Positions 47,935 to 58,691 are shown, counted from the first letter of the stretch. The stretch: 64,000 nt of DNA from Dehalococcoidia bacterium (GCA_965207225.1 CBDBLV010000002.1:320001-384000), one strand, 5' to 3'. Numbers and translations: made by a program. The notes: generated by a model from the letters alone, not told the origin.

Positions 47935-48706
47935 GAGGCTTTGGGAGCATTTTGGGGGGATTTTCTCCCCGGTTCCCTGGGGGAACTCTCACCCCCTCCC
48001 GGTTGCCCCGGGAGCAATATGAGTCCCGCCGGTGTTAGGTTGCGGGAGCAAATCGGCGCTGCACTTTCACGGGGAACCCTCACCCCCTTGGTCCCCCTCT
48101 CCCCCGTATCGGGGTACGGGGCAGGCTCTTAGGGCCTGTAAGGGAGAGGGGGAGAGAAGAACAGAGGCCCAGGTGCGTGCGCTGCACGCACCTGGGCCTC
48201 TAGTTCAGTACTGGAGGGAGGGGGATGCTCCTCCCCGACCCCAGGGATTAATATGAGTCCCACCCGCCCGCCCTGTTTTATTGACACATCAAAAATGCGG
48301 TGCATTTTTGATGTGTCTTTACCAGGGGGGGATGCCAGGGATAGGTGTGCGCGGTTAGGCAGGGGGTGGAGGACTTGGGACAGGATCTAACCCTCTGCCC
48401 TCGAGAAGGCTTTGAATAGCTGGTCTCTTGGCGCTCGTATCACCCTCACCCTAGCCCTCTCCCATCGAGGGAGAGGGGACTGGACACCGTCCCGCACTCC
48501 CTTGGATGCCCGATTGGAGGCGGGGATGGCGGAAGGGGGTGGGGGAGAGGGGGAGAAAAAACAGAGGGATGCACCTGCGCCAGGGCGCAGGTGCATCCCT
48601 CTAGTTTGGTACTGGAGGGAAGGGGATGGAGAGGGGTGTGAGCGGCTATGAACGAGGTGGGTTCAGGGAGGGGGTTGGAGATTCATCGCGGGGCATGGGG
48701 ATGACA
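47920..48706. repeat. Composite palindromic-repeat mosaic, copy 2
   Basis: Same modules as 5030-5730: 48077-48153, 48163-48214, 48250-48324, 48443-48478, 48563-48615, 48677-48706. Confidence 0.85.
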
Positions 48707-48707
48707 C

Positions 48708-48740
48708 TAAAGGGGTTGCCGCTAAGCGGCAACCCCTTTA
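48708..48740. terminator. Intrinsic terminator-like hairpin, possibly bidirectional
   Basis: TAAAGGGGTTGCCGC-TAA-GCGGCAACCCCTTTA downstream of 48798-48992. Confidence 0.65.
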
Positions 48741-48797
48741 ATTTGGACCGTCGGGTTCGGGCGGCAGGACGTTGACCATGCTTCCAGGCAATCGGGA

Positions 48798-48992
48798 CTA
48801 TGCCGCGGGCCTGAAGTTCTGCATTGCGGTCGGCCTGCCGTGAGCTTTGAGGGTGCGGCGGGAGGTCAAGGCGGCGACCTCGGCCTCGTTAAGGTCCCTA
48901 CTGCACTGGAAACAGGTGATGTAGGAACCGAACAGATCCGTGTCTGAGAACAGATCGCCGCCGCACCAGGGGCAACCCTTTAGCCAGAACAT
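48798..48992 (-). CDS. Small zinc-ribbon protein
   Basis: CPWCGGDL...CFQC; GGAGAAGG RBS upstream. Confidence 0.75.
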   Translation of the reverse strand: MFWLKGCPWCGGDLFSDTDLFGSYITCFQCSRDLNEAEVAALTSRRTLKAHGRPTAMQNFRPAA

Positions 48993-49211
48993 TTTACCTT
49001 CTCCTACTGAACCGGCCTATTGGACACGCTTTCCCGAGGCCCGTCGGGGCCCGGGAGAATCAGATTTCCTACGCTTTCTATAACGAAGAGAAGGGCGTTT
49101 GGTTCCCTGTGCGCGGGGAGGAGTTTTGGAAATGTCGGGAGGAGGGGTGCGGGAGGGCTCAGGTTGACTAGAATTGGGTGGTTGAATTAGTATCGAAATG
49201 AGGCCACTCGG

Positions 49212-49288
49212 GGCGCATTCGTCTAGCGGCCTAGGACACCGCCCTCTCAAGGCGGAGATCACGGGTTCGAATCCCGTATGCGCTACCA
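49212..49288 (+). tRNA. tRNA-Glu(CTC)
   Basis: GGCGCAT acceptor stem, CCGCC-CT-CTC-AA-GGCGG anticodon arm, GGTTCGAATCC, encoded CCA. Confidence 0.96.
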
Positions 49289-49429
49289 GTCTTTCCTACG
49301 TTTAACTGTATCGTCCACTAATGCCACTTGTAGTTATCACTACTAGTATCTCTATCGTTAAGCTGAATCCTATCGCGAGCGCTACCTCCACCGTAGACAC
49401 GCTTCAGTTTCCACGAAGAGAGCTGACAA

Positions 49430-49783
49430 ATGGTTGAGACCATCACCACGGGGGTCTTGATAGGTGTCATTGCTGCTTTGGTTCTGGGGTTTATCGGATT
49501 CGTCTACAGATACCTCCTCCTCAAGTTGTTCTGGAGGATTTTTGCCCAATTTAAGCGGCACTGCTTCGCGCGGAAACAACGCAAGATTAGGGAACAAAGC
49601 GAGAGGGAGGCGTACCAGAATCAGTGGGTGATTGTGGTCGATGGCCACATGCACATCAATCGGCATCGGGGTTGTGTAACCGAAGGCGAAGAATGTAGGC
49701 CCGCCGACCCTGAAACGATGATACCGCTAGGCGCGTGTAGTGTATGTGGTGGGGATGTTCGGGATCCGATCAAGTCCGGATAA
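49430..49783 (+). CDS. Small hypothetical membrane protein with Cys/His C-terminus
   Basis: One N-terminal TM segment; HRGC..C..CSVC. Confidence 0.5.
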   Translation: MVETITTGVLIGVIAALVLGFIGFVYRYLLLKLFWRIFAQFKRHCFARKQRKIREQSEREAYQNQWVIVVDGHMHINRHRGCVTEGEECRPADPETMIPLGACSVCGGDVRDPIKSG

Positions 49784-49835
49784 CTTCCCAAATAGACCAC
49801 AAAAGGTTTCGATTCGAGCCTGACGAAAATACAAG

Positions 49836-50570
49836 GTGAGATTTCTTAGAAACACGCTCGTTAGGGGGACGGTCGCACTGTGCCTTCTTGTGGGTATCGG
49901 GATAGCGGGGTACATGGTGATAGAGGGGTGGTCGCTGCTGGACGCTGCGTACATGACCATCCTGACGTTCACCACGGTGGGCTACGAGGAGGTGCATCCC
50001 CTGTCTACGGGCGGGCGCATTTTTACCATTTTCCTGATGATCGTGGGTGTCGGGGTGATGCTGTACATCCTGACCAGCGTGGTAAATGCGGCGGTGGCGC
50101 ACGAGATTGTGGGCCTGTTGGTCCGAAGGCGAAGATTCAGGAGGCGTATGTCGAAACTAAAGGGACACTACATTATCTGTGGTTACGGGCGAGTCGGGGC
50201 GGCGGTGGCATCGACGCTCCAGGAGAGCTCGACGCTCCTTATCGTGATTGACAAGAGCGCGGAGGCGCTGGCCGAGGCCGAGGAACAGGGCCTCCTGTGC
50301 CTGCAGGGGGATGCGACAAAGGACGCCGATTTGCTGACGGCGCGGGTTACCGAGGCGGCGGGGCTGCTGGCGACTGCTGGAGAGGACAGCGAGAACGTCT
50401 ACATATCCCTGACGGCCCGGGGCCTGAATCCCGATCTTCGCATCGTGGCACGGGCGTCGTACCCGGAGGCGGAGGAGAAGCTGCGTCGGGCGGGGGCGGA
50501 CGAGATTGTCTCACCACCAACTCTTGGGGGGAGGCAGATGGCACTTTCGGCCATCGAGGCTGCCCGCTAA
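49836..50570 (+). CDS. Potassium channel protein (2TM + TrkA-N/RCK)
   Basis: TTVGY selectivity filter, CGYGRVG, GDAT, KLRRAGAD. Confidence 0.92.
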   Translation: MRFLRNTLVRGTVALCLLVGIGIAGYMVIEGWSLLDAAYMTILTFTTVGYEEVHPLSTGGRIFTIFLMIVGVGVMLYILTSVVNAAVAHEIVGLLVRRRRFRRRMSKLKGHYIICGYGRVGAAVASTLQESSTLLIVIDKSAEALAEAEEQGLLCLQGDATKDADLLTARVTEAAGLLATAGEDSENVYISLTARGLNPDLRIVARASYPEAEEKLRRAGADEIVSPPTLGGRQMALSAIEAAR

Positions 50571-50644
50571 CGTTCCGTACTTACAGGGGACACCCGGCTG
50601 ACCATAGCGACCAAAGCGCGGGATACGGGGCCTGGACCAAGCTC

Positions 50645-51646
50645 CTAGTCCACGCGCGTGAGGACGTCTTCCCAGACCTGCTGCAGGTATTCGCGTCGGG
50701 CGGAGAGTCCGTCGGGGAGGTTGAGGAAGGTGAAGGCCATGTAACCCGAGCGGGAGTTGTCCCGCTGCTCGGCGATGAATTCTGCACACTCCTCGGGGTT
50801 GCCGACGACGGCCCACTCTTCCAGGTTGCGCAGCTTGTCGAGGCCGAGGTCTACTGCAAGCTTCTCCTGCATGCCCCAGCCGCCGTACAGCTTTGCGGTA
50901 TTCTCGGCGGATTCTCGGGCCTGCCTTATGGCGGTTTCGCGGTCTGCCGCTACGCTGATGCAACGGTGTCCGGCATAGAAACCGTCGGCACTCGGACCAG
51001 ACTGTTCCAGTTCGTCCCAGTAGATTTTGGCGAGGGATTGGTGGTCGGCCCAGCTGACGTAGGGCCCGACGAGGCAAGCGTCGGCGATGCGGGCGGCCCG
51101 GGCGGCGGCCCTCGGGCCCTGGCATGCGAGCCAGATGGGGGGGTGGGGGGTCTGGACGGGGGTAATGCCGACCTGGGCCCCCGTGGCCCTGAAGTAGCGG
51201 CCCCGGTAGGTGACTTCTTCGCCGGACCAGAGAAGCTTCATCAGTTCAATGGACTCGGTGAGCCGGCCAACTCTCTCCTTGCGGTTGGACCCGACGATCT
51301 CCAGTTCCTTCTCCCGGTACCCGAGGCCCAGGCCCAGGATGAATCGTCCATTGCTGATATGGTCCAGGGCTGTCGTCTGCTCGGCGATGTCTACGGGGTT
51401 GTGGAGGGGCATGAGGAGTACACCGGTAATCAGCTTTATGGAGGACGTGGCCGCGGCAAACCTGCCGAGGAGGGGCATGGGGTGGACCCAGCGGCTGGGG
51501 TGGGAGACCCAGTGCTCGGGGGCGTAGCCTCCCCAGAAACCTAACTGTTCTCCGTAGGCGAGCAGCTCTGCAGTCTCTTCGATCTGGTCGTGGACGGGAA
51601 TTACGGGGTCGGCCATGAAGTTACGGAGGTTCAGACCAAATTCCAT
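50645..51646 (-). CDS. LLM class flavin-dependent oxidoreductase
   Basis: PEH, HNPVDIAEQ..LDHISNGRFILGLGLGY, PVQTPHPPIW. Confidence 0.9.
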   Translation of the reverse strand: MEFGLNLRNFMADPVIPVHDQIEETAELLAYGEQLGFWGGYAPEHWVSHPSRWVHPMPLLGRFAAATSSIKLITGVLLMPLHNPVDIAEQTTALDHISNGRFILGLGLGYREKELEIVGSNRKERVGRLTESIELMKLLWSGEEVTYRGRYFRATGAQVGITPVQTPHPPIWLACQGPRAAARAARIADACLVGPYVSWADHQSLAKIYWDELEQSGPSADGFYAGHRCISVAADRETAIRQARESAENTAKLYGGWGMQEKLAVDLGLDKLRNLEEWAVVGNPEECAEFIAEQRDNSRSGYMAFTFLNLPDGLSARREYLQQVWEDVLTRVD

Positions 51647-51672
51647 GCTGTCACCTTATGCTCTGTGGGGCG

Positions 51673-52299
51673 TTAGGGAGCTTCGCGTAAGAAGGGGTTC
51701 CACTGGGCCTCGGCGCCGATGCTGGAGTGGGGCCCGTGGCCCGGGAGTACGACGGTGTCGTCGGGGAGGGGGATAAGCTTGGTCTTGATGCTGTCGATGA
51801 GCTGCCCCCAGTTCCCACCTTCGAAGTCGGTGCGGCCGACGCTACCGCGGAAGAGGGTGTCGCCGGTGAATACGAGCCCGTGGCCGAAGTAGGAAATGCC
51901 TCCGGGGGTGTGGCCGTGGGTCTCGATGACGGAGAAGGAGAGGTCGCCGATCTCGACGGTGTCGCCCTCTTCGAGGAAGAGGTCGGGTTCGGGGGGGTTG
52001 CGGAAGCCGGGGATGATGGATGCGGAGTCGGGGGGCCTTTCGATCATATATGCGTCGTTCTGATGTATAGCAAACGTGGCGTTGGTGGCGTCCGCCATGT
52101 CGGCCACTGCGCCGATGTGGTCTTCGTGGCCGTGGGTGGTCAGGAGGTATTTGACGGTGAGGCCCGAGTCCTCGACGGCGCTCATGATGGCCTGCCACTC
52201 GGCGCCGGCGTCGATGATGGCGGCTTCACGGGTCTCGTCGGAGCCGATGATGTAGGTGTTTTCCTGGTAAGGGCCGACTACGACGACTCGGAGAATCAT
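51673..52299 (-). CDS. MBL-fold metallo-hydrolase (glyoxalase II-like)
   Basis: THGHEDH, HGHTPG, FTGDTLF, LPGHGP. Confidence 0.92.
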   Translation of the reverse strand: MILRVVVVGPYQENTYIIGSDETREAAIIDAGAEWQAIMSAVEDSGLTVKYLLTTHGHEDHIGAVADMADATNATFAIHQNDAYMIERPPDSASIIPGFRNPPEPDLFLEEGDTVEIGDLSFSVIETHGHTPGGISYFGHGLVFTGDTLFRGSVGRTDFEGGNWGQLIDSIKTKLIPLPDDTVVLPGHGPHSSIGAEAQWNPFLREAP

Positions 52300-52546
52300 T
52301 GGGGGGTGGGGCTCCCTTTATGCGAGATTGGGTCAATCTAACGGGTGGGACGGGGGGAGTCAACAGGCATCATTCCCTGATGTCAAGACTGCCTCAGGAG
52401 GATACAATATTGGGGCAAGATGTATCAAAAAAGATTTGAGGTCGCTTTATTTGTACATCGCACTATGAAATGCTTATAATTTCAATAGTGAACCAAACCT
52501 GATATAAGTTATAAATTCCATGAATTTATACAAAACGATATCAAAA

Positions 52547-52882
52547 ATGACCAAGCCAAACTTTCAATTTGCTCTTGTTGAGGAAAAGAAGATTATCGAA
52601 TATCTTCTGTCAAGCGAACATGATATCGGAAAGGATAAGGCGTTCGTGTTTTTGAGACGTGGTTTTAACCCTAACACCTGGGAGGATTTCGCGCAGGCCT
52701 TGAAAAAACAGGCTCGAAACCATGATATTAGCGAGGAAATTGAAACTCGCCACGGAGTGCGATACAATGTTGATGGTGCTCTTGAAACGCCAGATGGCAC
52801 GAATCCGAGGATCAGGACAGTCTGGCAAGTTGATCATGGCACAGATTATCCCAGGCTAATCACAGCATATCCTGTAGACTAA
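52547..52882 (+). CDS. DUF6883-like protein
   Basis: KIIEYLL..H..GKDKA..F, TPDG..RTVW, PRLITAYP; AT-rich; start uncertain (52520 or 52547). Confidence 0.7.
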   Translation: MTKPNFQFALVEEKKIIEYLLSSEHDIGKDKAFVFLRRGFNPNTWEDFAQALKKQARNHDISEEIETRHGVRYNVDGALETPDGTNPRIRTVWQVDHGTDYPRLITAYPVD

Positions 52883-52889
52883 CAAAATA

Positions 52890-53132
52890 GTGTTTAGAGA
52901 ACACGAACGGGTAGTACTAACCGCTTCCATCTGCGGCGACCATGGCGAACAGCTAAGGCCCGGAGACGTAGGTGTCGTCATACATGTTCATCCCGGGGCC
53001 GAAGCCTACGTTGTGGAGTTCATGTCTCTTGATGCTTGTACGGTGGCCATCGCCACTGTTCTGCCGTCTGAGGCCAGAGCCATCACTAGCCGAGACCTTC
53101 TTCACGCCCGCACGGTAGAAACTGCCGTTTAA
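52890..53132 (+). CDS. DUF4926-like protein
   Basis: EHERVVLT..LRPGDVGVVIHVH..AYVVEF. Confidence 0.75.
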   Translation: MFREHERVVLTASICGDHGEQLRPGDVGVVIHVHPGAEAYVVEFMSLDACTVAIATVLPSEARAITSRDLLHARTVETAV

Positions 53133-53298
53133 CCCTCTCGCCGGTCATTCACGTTAAGAACCACCGCCCCCGGCACCTTTCCCACAGACCCTAGACCAGA
53201 TCGCTCGGTGAGCGCAGCCGTAATTGTGCGGGTTTTCACTTGCGGGCTTCCTCGGCGCTGTGCTATATTCGGGCCAGCTTTTTCCGGGGAGGGTACGG

Positions 53299-53670
53299 GT
53301 GCTGGCCGACTATGGCTATATAGGTCTCTTCCTTCTCCTAGCTACCTTTATCCCTATCTCCATGATCCTGATGCCGTGGGCCCTGTCCCTGGTAAGGATC
53401 AGGCCGAAGAACCCCACCGAAGTCAAGCTCGACACGTACGAGTCGGGGATGCGGCCGGTTGGAGGGTCCTGGGTACGGTTCAACTTCCGCTACTATTTCA
53501 TTGCGCTGCTGTTCGTCATATTCGACGTGGAGGTGATATTCCTGTTCCCATGGGCCGTACACCTGGACCAGCTGAAGCTGTTCGGGTTGATAGAGATGGG
53601 CATATTCATCCTGATTCTTCTCATCGGCTACTTCTATGCGTGGCGTAAAAGAGCCCTGGAGTGGAGCTAA
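53299..53670 (+). CDS. nuoA: NADH-quinone oxidoreductase subunit A
   Basis: [20 protein letters not shown]. Confidence 0.95.
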   Translation: MLADYGYIGLFLLLATFIPISMILMPWALSLVRIRPKNPTEVKLDTYESGMRPVGGSWVRFNFRYYFIALLFVIFDVEVIFLFPWAVHLDQLKLFGLIEMGIFILILLIGYFYAWRKRALEWS

Positions 53671-53674
53671 CGAC

Positions 53675-54289
53675 ATGCTAGAGAAGAAGAGCAACCTTCC
53701 AATCCTGGGGACATCCATAGACGTGCAGGCCCTGGACCTGGCTGAAGGCCAGGAGGTTACGGACCTGAAGGCAGCTTCCCAGTTCCCCAACCCTGATCCG
53801 GTTATCGAAGTCCCCGCCGACCTGAAACGGAGCATTCTAGTCACGAGCGTCGACTATATCCTGAACTGGGGGCGTCGGAATGCTGTGTGGCCGCTGACAT
53901 TCGGGCTGGCCTGCTGCTCCTTCGAGATGATCGGGGCGGCGATGTCTCGATACGACATTGCGAGGTTCGGGGCGGAGGCGTTCCGGGCCACTCCTCGGCA
54001 GGCCGACCTGATGATCGTTGCTGGAACGCTCACGTGGAAGATGGCGGTGCCCGTAAAACGCATCTACGAGCAGATGGCCGATCCCAAGTGGGTCATTTCG
54101 ATGGGGGTGTGTGCGACTTCCGGCGGGCCGTATTACGAGTCTTATTCCGTGGTGCCGGGGGTGAACCGGATAGTTCCGGTGGACGTGTATGTCCCGGGCT
54201 GCCCCCCCAGGCCCGACGCCCTGTTATACGGCCTGATGCAGCTGCAGGAAAAGATCAAGAAATACAGCATAGCCAAGACGAAGAGCTAA
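53675..54289 (+). CDS. nuoB: NADH-quinone oxidoreductase subunit B
   Basis: [23 protein letters not shown]. Confidence 0.96.
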   Translation: MLEKKSNLPILGTSIDVQALDLAEGQEVTDLKAASQFPNPDPVIEVPADLKRSILVTSVDYILNWGRRNAVWPLTFGLACCSFEMIGAAMSRYDIARFGAEAFRATPRQADLMIVAGTLTWKMAVPVKRIYEQMADPKWVISMGVCATSGGPYYESYSVVPGVNRIVPVDVYVPGCPPRPDALLYGLMQLQEKIKKYSIAKTKS

Positions 54290-54295
54290 CCTCAA

Positions 54296-54742
54296 GTGAC
54301 CACCCAGCTTAACGTCAAGGACCTAGGCCGGCAGATAAGGGAGCGATTTCCCGATGCCGTCGCGGATGACGGCGGCGAGGCGCTGGTAGTAGCAGCCGAC
54401 TCGTTGGCGGAAGTGGCTCGGCACTGCTTCGAGACGCCTGAGTTGGCATTCGATTTCCTGGTCGGGGTCACGGGGGTAGACTACATAGACCACTTTGAGA
54501 TGGTCTATCACCTGGTCTCGATCAAGCACAACCACGCAGTGGTACTGAAGACGAAGACGTACAGCAGGGAGTCGCCGTCGGTGCCGTCGGTGACGGGCGT
54601 CTGGGAGGGGGCGGTGCTGCAGGAGCGGGAGGTCTACGACCTGATGGGCATAGCGTTCGAAGGGCACCCGGATCTAAAGCGGATCCTGCTGTGGGAGGGG
54701 TTCCCGGGACATCCGCACCGGAAGGACTTCACGACTGCATAG
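54296..54742 (+). CDS. nuoC: NADH-quinone oxidoreductase subunit C
   Basis: EREVYDLMGIAFEGHPDLKRIL, GHPHRKDF. Confidence 0.95.
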   Translation: MTTQLNVKDLGRQIRERFPDAVADDGGEALVVAADSLAEVARHCFETPELAFDFLVGVTGVDYIDHFEMVYHLVSIKHNHAVVLKTKTYSRESPSVPSVTGVWEGAVLQEREVYDLMGIAFEGHPDLKRILLWEGFPGHPHRKDFTTA

Positions 54743-54800
54743 CAATCTCGACCGGATCAATAGGCTGCAATCAAGAAACAGCGAATGAACAGGTGACAAG

Positions 54801-55904
54801 GTGACGCTTAAGACCGAAGAGGTGATGGTCAACATCGGGCCGCAGCACCCGAGCACGCACGGCGTGTTCAGGATGCGGGTCACGTTTGACGGCGAGGTGG
54901 TAACGGACCTGGAGCCGGTCTTCGGGTACCTGCATCGCGGCACCGAAAAGCTGGCCGAAGAGCGCACCTACACGCAGATCATCACGCTCACGGACAGGCT
55001 GGACTACCTGGCGTCGATGTCCAACAACCTGGCCTACGTGCTGGCGGCGGAGAAGCTGGCGGGCATCGATCCTCCGGAACGAGCGATGTATATCCGGGTG
55101 ATCATGGCGGAGCTGATGCGCATCGCCAGCCACTGCATGGCACTGGGGTTCTTCATAAACGACCTGGGGGCGCTGGCGACGCCCCTCATGTACATGTTCA
55201 GGGAGCGGGAGAAGATCCTTGACCTGTTCGAGATGGTGTGCGGGGCCCGAATCACCTACTCCTACATGCGCATCGGCGGGGTGAGCGGAGACCTGCCTCC
55301 CGAGTTCACGCCTGCCCTGACCAAGTTCATCAACGAGATGCCGGGCTACATCGACGAGTACGAGGCCCTGCTGCGGGAGAACGAGATCATCATTTCCCGC
55401 ACCAAGGACATGGCTATCCTCCCACCCGAGACCGCAATCAACGCCTCGGTATCGGGGCCGATGCTAAGGGCCTCGGGGGTTAACTGGGACCTTCGGAAGG
55501 CCGACCCATACGAGGTGTACGACAGGTTTGAATTCGACGTGCCGGTCGGGCCTACGGGGGACACCTACGACCGTTTCCTGGTGAGGCTGGAGGAGATGCG
55601 GGAGAGCGTCCGAATCGTCAAGCAGGCCATGGAGCAGATACCGGAGGGGCCTTTCAGGGCGAAGGCTCCGGCGCTGATCAGACCACCTAAGGGCGAGGCT
55701 TATGCCCACGTGGAAGCGCCGAAGGGAGAGCTCGGGTTTTACCTGGTGAGCGACGGGGCGATATCTCCCTATCGCTGCAAGATACGGGCGCCGTCCTTCA
55801 TAAATCTGACGGTGTTGCGGGAGCTATCCATCGGGTGGAAGCTGGCTGACCTTATCGTCATCCTGGGAAGCGTGGACATCAACATGGGTGAGGTGGACAG
55901 GTAG
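54801..55904 (+). CDS. nuoD: NADH-quinone oxidoreductase subunit D
   Basis: [26 protein letters not shown]. Confidence 0.96.
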   Translation: MTLKTEEVMVNIGPQHPSTHGVFRMRVTFDGEVVTDLEPVFGYLHRGTEKLAEERTYTQIITLTDRLDYLASMSNNLAYVLAAEKLAGIDPPERAMYIRVIMAELMRIASHCMALGFFINDLGALATPLMYMFREREKILDLFEMVCGARITYSYMRIGGVSGDLPPEFTPALTKFINEMPGYIDEYEALLRENEIIISRTKDMAILPPETAINASVSGPMLRASGVNWDLRKADPYEVYDRFEFDVPVGPTGDTYDRFLVRLEEMRESVRIVKQAMEQIPEGPFRAKAPALIRPPKGEAYAHVEAPKGELGFYLVSDGAISPYRCKIRAPSFINLTVLRELSIGWKLADLIVILGSVDINMGEVDR

Positions 55905-57112
55905 TGGACTGGTTCTACGAACTCTGGAGAGAGCTGGGCGAAGTCTTCCGCGGGTGGATCGAAGCGATCTTCCCGGACTCGGCCGAGGGATGGATCACTT
56001 ACCTCGTGCTCGGGTTCCTGAGCGCTTTCGTGCTCATCAACCTGCCTATGGTGCTGGTGCCACTGCTGATCTACGTCGAGCGGCGGCTGCTGGGGAGGTT
56101 CCAGAACAGGGTCGGGCCGAACAGGGTCGGACCATTCGGGATACTCCAGCCGATTGCCGACGGGATAAAGATCATGACCAAGGAAGACATCATTCCTCGG
56201 GGGGCGGACAAGCTTGTCTTCACCCTGGCCCCGGTGGCCGTGATGGCCCCGGCATTGCTGATGTTCACGGTGATTCCGTTCGGGGGCGAAACGTACCTCA
56301 CCAATCTGAACGTAGGAATACTGTTCATTGTCGCGGTCACGGCCGTGGAGACCATTGGGGTATTCATGGCGGGCTGGGCATCCAACAACAAGTACGCGCT
56401 ATTTGGGGCGATGAGGGCCGTGGCCCAACTGGTGAGCTACGAAATTCCGCTGGTGATCTCCATCATGGGGGTCGTGCTGATCGCGGGATCGATGACGTTG
56501 ACCGACATAGTGGGCGTGCAGAGCAGCTGGCCGCTCATCCTGTTCCAGCCGCTGGGGTTCATTATCTTCTTCGCGGCGGTATCGGCGGAGCTCAACAGGT
56601 CTCCATTCGACCTGACGGAAGCGGAGTCGGAGATCATTGCAGGCATTCATACCGAGTACAGCGGTGTGAAGTTCGTCATGTTCCTCACTGCGGAAGGAAT
56701 CGCGCTGGTAGGTTACTCGGCAGTGATTGCGACGCTGTACCTGAGCGGCTGGGAAGGCCCCGGGCTTCCGGGATACCTGTGGCTGCTGGTCAAGATATTC
56801 TTCATATTCGGGATATTCGTGTGGACCCGGGCCACGCTGCCCAGGCTCAGGGTGGATCAGGTGATGACCTTTGCCTGGAAGTTCCTGTTCCCGCTATCGC
56901 TACTGAACGCAGCTATCACGGCTGTACAGGTGGTCGTGTGGTCGGACGGGCTGCCGCCGTGGCTGATACCCGTGAACTTTGCGATAGCGATAGGGCTGAT
57001 AGCGGGCCTGCACAAGTTTGTGGGCTTCCAGGGCGAGACGCGAGAGGTAGTGCCGGGCGGCGCCGAGAGGCTCACGGTGGTGTCGAGGCCCGTTGCGGGA
57101 GGTAGCGAGTAA
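55904..57112 (+). CDS. nuoH: NADH-quinone oxidoreductase subunit H
   Basis: GPNRVGPFG, AELNRSPFDL, EYSG. Confidence 0.95.
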   Translation: MDWFYELWRELGEVFRGWIEAIFPDSAEGWITYLVLGFLSAFVLINLPMVLVPLLIYVERRLLGRFQNRVGPNRVGPFGILQPIADGIKIMTKEDIIPRGADKLVFTLAPVAVMAPALLMFTVIPFGGETYLTNLNVGILFIVAVTAVETIGVFMAGWASNNKYALFGAMRAVAQLVSYEIPLVISIMGVVLIAGSMTLTDIVGVQSSWPLILFQPLGFIIFFAAVSAELNRSPFDLTEAESEIIAGIHTEYSGVKFVMFLTAEGIALVGYSAVIATLYLSGWEGPGLPGYLWLLVKIFFIFGIFVWTRATLPRLRVDQVMTFAWKFLFPLSLLNAAITAVQVVVWSDGLPPWLIPVNFAIAIGLIAGLHKFVGFQGETREVVPGGAERLTVVSRPVAGGSE

Positions 57113-57669
57113 TGTACGGACTGGGAATTGCCAAAGGGATGTTCGTCACGCTGAAGCACCTGTTCAGGAAGCCGTTCACCGTCCAGTACCCCGACGAGCA
57201 GGTGACGCGGGGAACACGTTTCCGCGGATACGAGTTCACATGGTACGAAGACCGGTGCACGGGCTGCGCATCCTGCGCGAAATATTGCCCACTGGGGACT
57301 ATCAAGATTGTTACGCATCCGGAAGGGGACAGGAAGCAGGGCCTGGACTACGCCATCGACGTGTTTGACATCGACACGGGGCGGTGCATGTTCTGCGGGC
57401 TCTGCGTGGAGGCTTGCCCCTACGACGCGCTGTTCATGGGGTCGGGGTTCGAGAGGGCGGTGTATAGCCGGACGGACATGGTGGTACACGTCGACGACCT
57501 GAGAACTCGGGAGAAGAGGCCCAGCGCCTTCTTCCGGCCCAACCTGGACGGGACCCGGTACCTGCCGGAGTACTCGTTGCCGTCGGACGATGCGGGCAGG
57601 CCGTGGAAGGGTCGTTGGGCCGATGAAGGAGAGCCGAGTCCACAATCTCCCGGGAGTGCAGACAGGTAG
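57112..57669 (+). CDS. nuoI: NADH-quinone oxidoreductase subunit I
   Basis: Two CxxCxxCxxxCP motifs. Confidence 0.95.
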   Translation: MYGLGIAKGMFVTLKHLFRKPFTVQYPDEQVTRGTRFRGYEFTWYEDRCTGCASCAKYCPLGTIKIVTHPEGDRKQGLDYAIDVFDIDTGRCMFCGLCVEACPYDALFMGSGFERAVYSRTDMVVHVDDLRTREKRPSAFFRPNLDGTRYLPEYSLPSDDAGRPWKGRWADEGEPSPQSPGSADR

Positions 57670-57672
57670 CGC

Positions 57673-58179
57673 ATGGACGTCGGGATTGCGATAGGTTTCT
57701 GGATACTGGCCTCGCTGGCGGTTATTTCATCCGCGGCGGTGGTGCTGTTGAGAGACCTGTTCAGGGCATCCCTTTTTCTTGTGCTCTCCTTCCTGTCGGT
57801 GGCGGGAATCTACATCGTTCTGCAGGCGGACTTCCTGGCGGTTGCCCAGGTGCTGATCTACGTAGGAGCTATATCTATCCTGCTGATATTCGCCATCATG
57901 CTCACCCGGGACACGCAGCGAGGGAACCCATCGAACAACTTGTCGGTGCCCGGGGCCTTTCTGGCGGGGGTCGTGTTCTCAGCGATTATTGTTGCGATAT
58001 TTACGACGGACTGGCCGCTCTCCTCGGAGCCTCCACCGGACTCCACGACGGAACTGCTGGCCGAGGTGCTGTTCAACAAGTTCGTATTGCCCTTCGAGGT
58101 GGCGTCGGTGCTGCTGTTGTCCGCCATGATCGGGGCCATAGTCATTGCTCGGCAGAGGGGGCCTGGCGGAAGTGATTAA
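57673..58179 (+). CDS. nuoJ: NADH-quinone oxidoreductase subunit J
   Basis: QVLIYVGAI, PFEVASVLLL. Confidence 0.94.
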   Translation: MDVGIAIGFWILASLAVISSAAVVLLRDLFRASLFLVLSFLSVAGIYIVLQADFLAVAQVLIYVGAISILLIFAIMLTRDTQRGNPSNNLSVPGAFLAGVVFSAIIVAIFTTDWPLSSEPPPDSTTELLAEVLFNKFVLPFEVASVLLLSAMIGAIVIARQRGPGGSD

Positions 58180-58480
58180 CCTCGAACATTTCCTGGTCCT
58201 GGCGGCCATCATGTTCTGCATAGGCCTATGGGGCGCGCTGTCCAAGCGGAACATCGTCGCCATCCTGATGTGCATTGAGATCATGTTCAACGGGGTGAAC
58301 GTGGCATTCATCGCTTTCACGAGGTACAACTCCCCGACGCTTTTGACGGGCCACGTTTTCGCAATCTTCGTCATAGCGGTAGCAGCAGCGGAGGTGGCGT
58401 TGGGGCTGGCCATAGTCGTCGCCGTATTCCGCAGCCGCCAGACCGTAGAGGTCGGTGACGTTAGCACCATGAAGGGCTGA
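58172..58480 (+). CDS. nuoK: NADH-quinone oxidoreductase subunit K
   Basis: LMCIEIMFN, AVAAAEVALGLAI. Confidence 0.94.
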   Translation: MINLEHFLVLAAIMFCIGLWGALSKRNIVAILMCIEIMFNGVNVAFIAFTRYNSPTLLTGHVFAIFVIAVAAAEVALGLAIVVAVFRSRQTVEVGDVSTMKG

Positions 58481-58493
58481 CCGGAAGAGACAC

Positions 58494-58691
58494 ATGAGTT
58501 GGATTGAATTCAAACGCGTACCCACCCTCATGGTCGCCGAGATGTGGAAAGATCTGTTCGAGGGTGAAGGGCTCCCGACCCGCATCCTGCCGGAGGGCGA
58601 CATCCTCTCCTGGTCGGAGGGGGTGCCGTTCATAGTCTACGTTCCCAAGGGCCGAGAGCACGTTGCCGACGAGATACTCAGGAAGATATAG
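58494..58691 (+). CDS. Small soluble protein (DUF2007-like) inside the nuo operon
   Basis: 65 aa filling the nuoK-nuoL gap exactly; AEMWKDLFEGEGLP..VYVP..ADEIL. Confidence 0.75.
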   Translation: MSWIEFKRVPTLMVAEMWKDLFEGEGLPTRILPEGDILSWSEGVPFIVYVPKGREHVADEILRKI

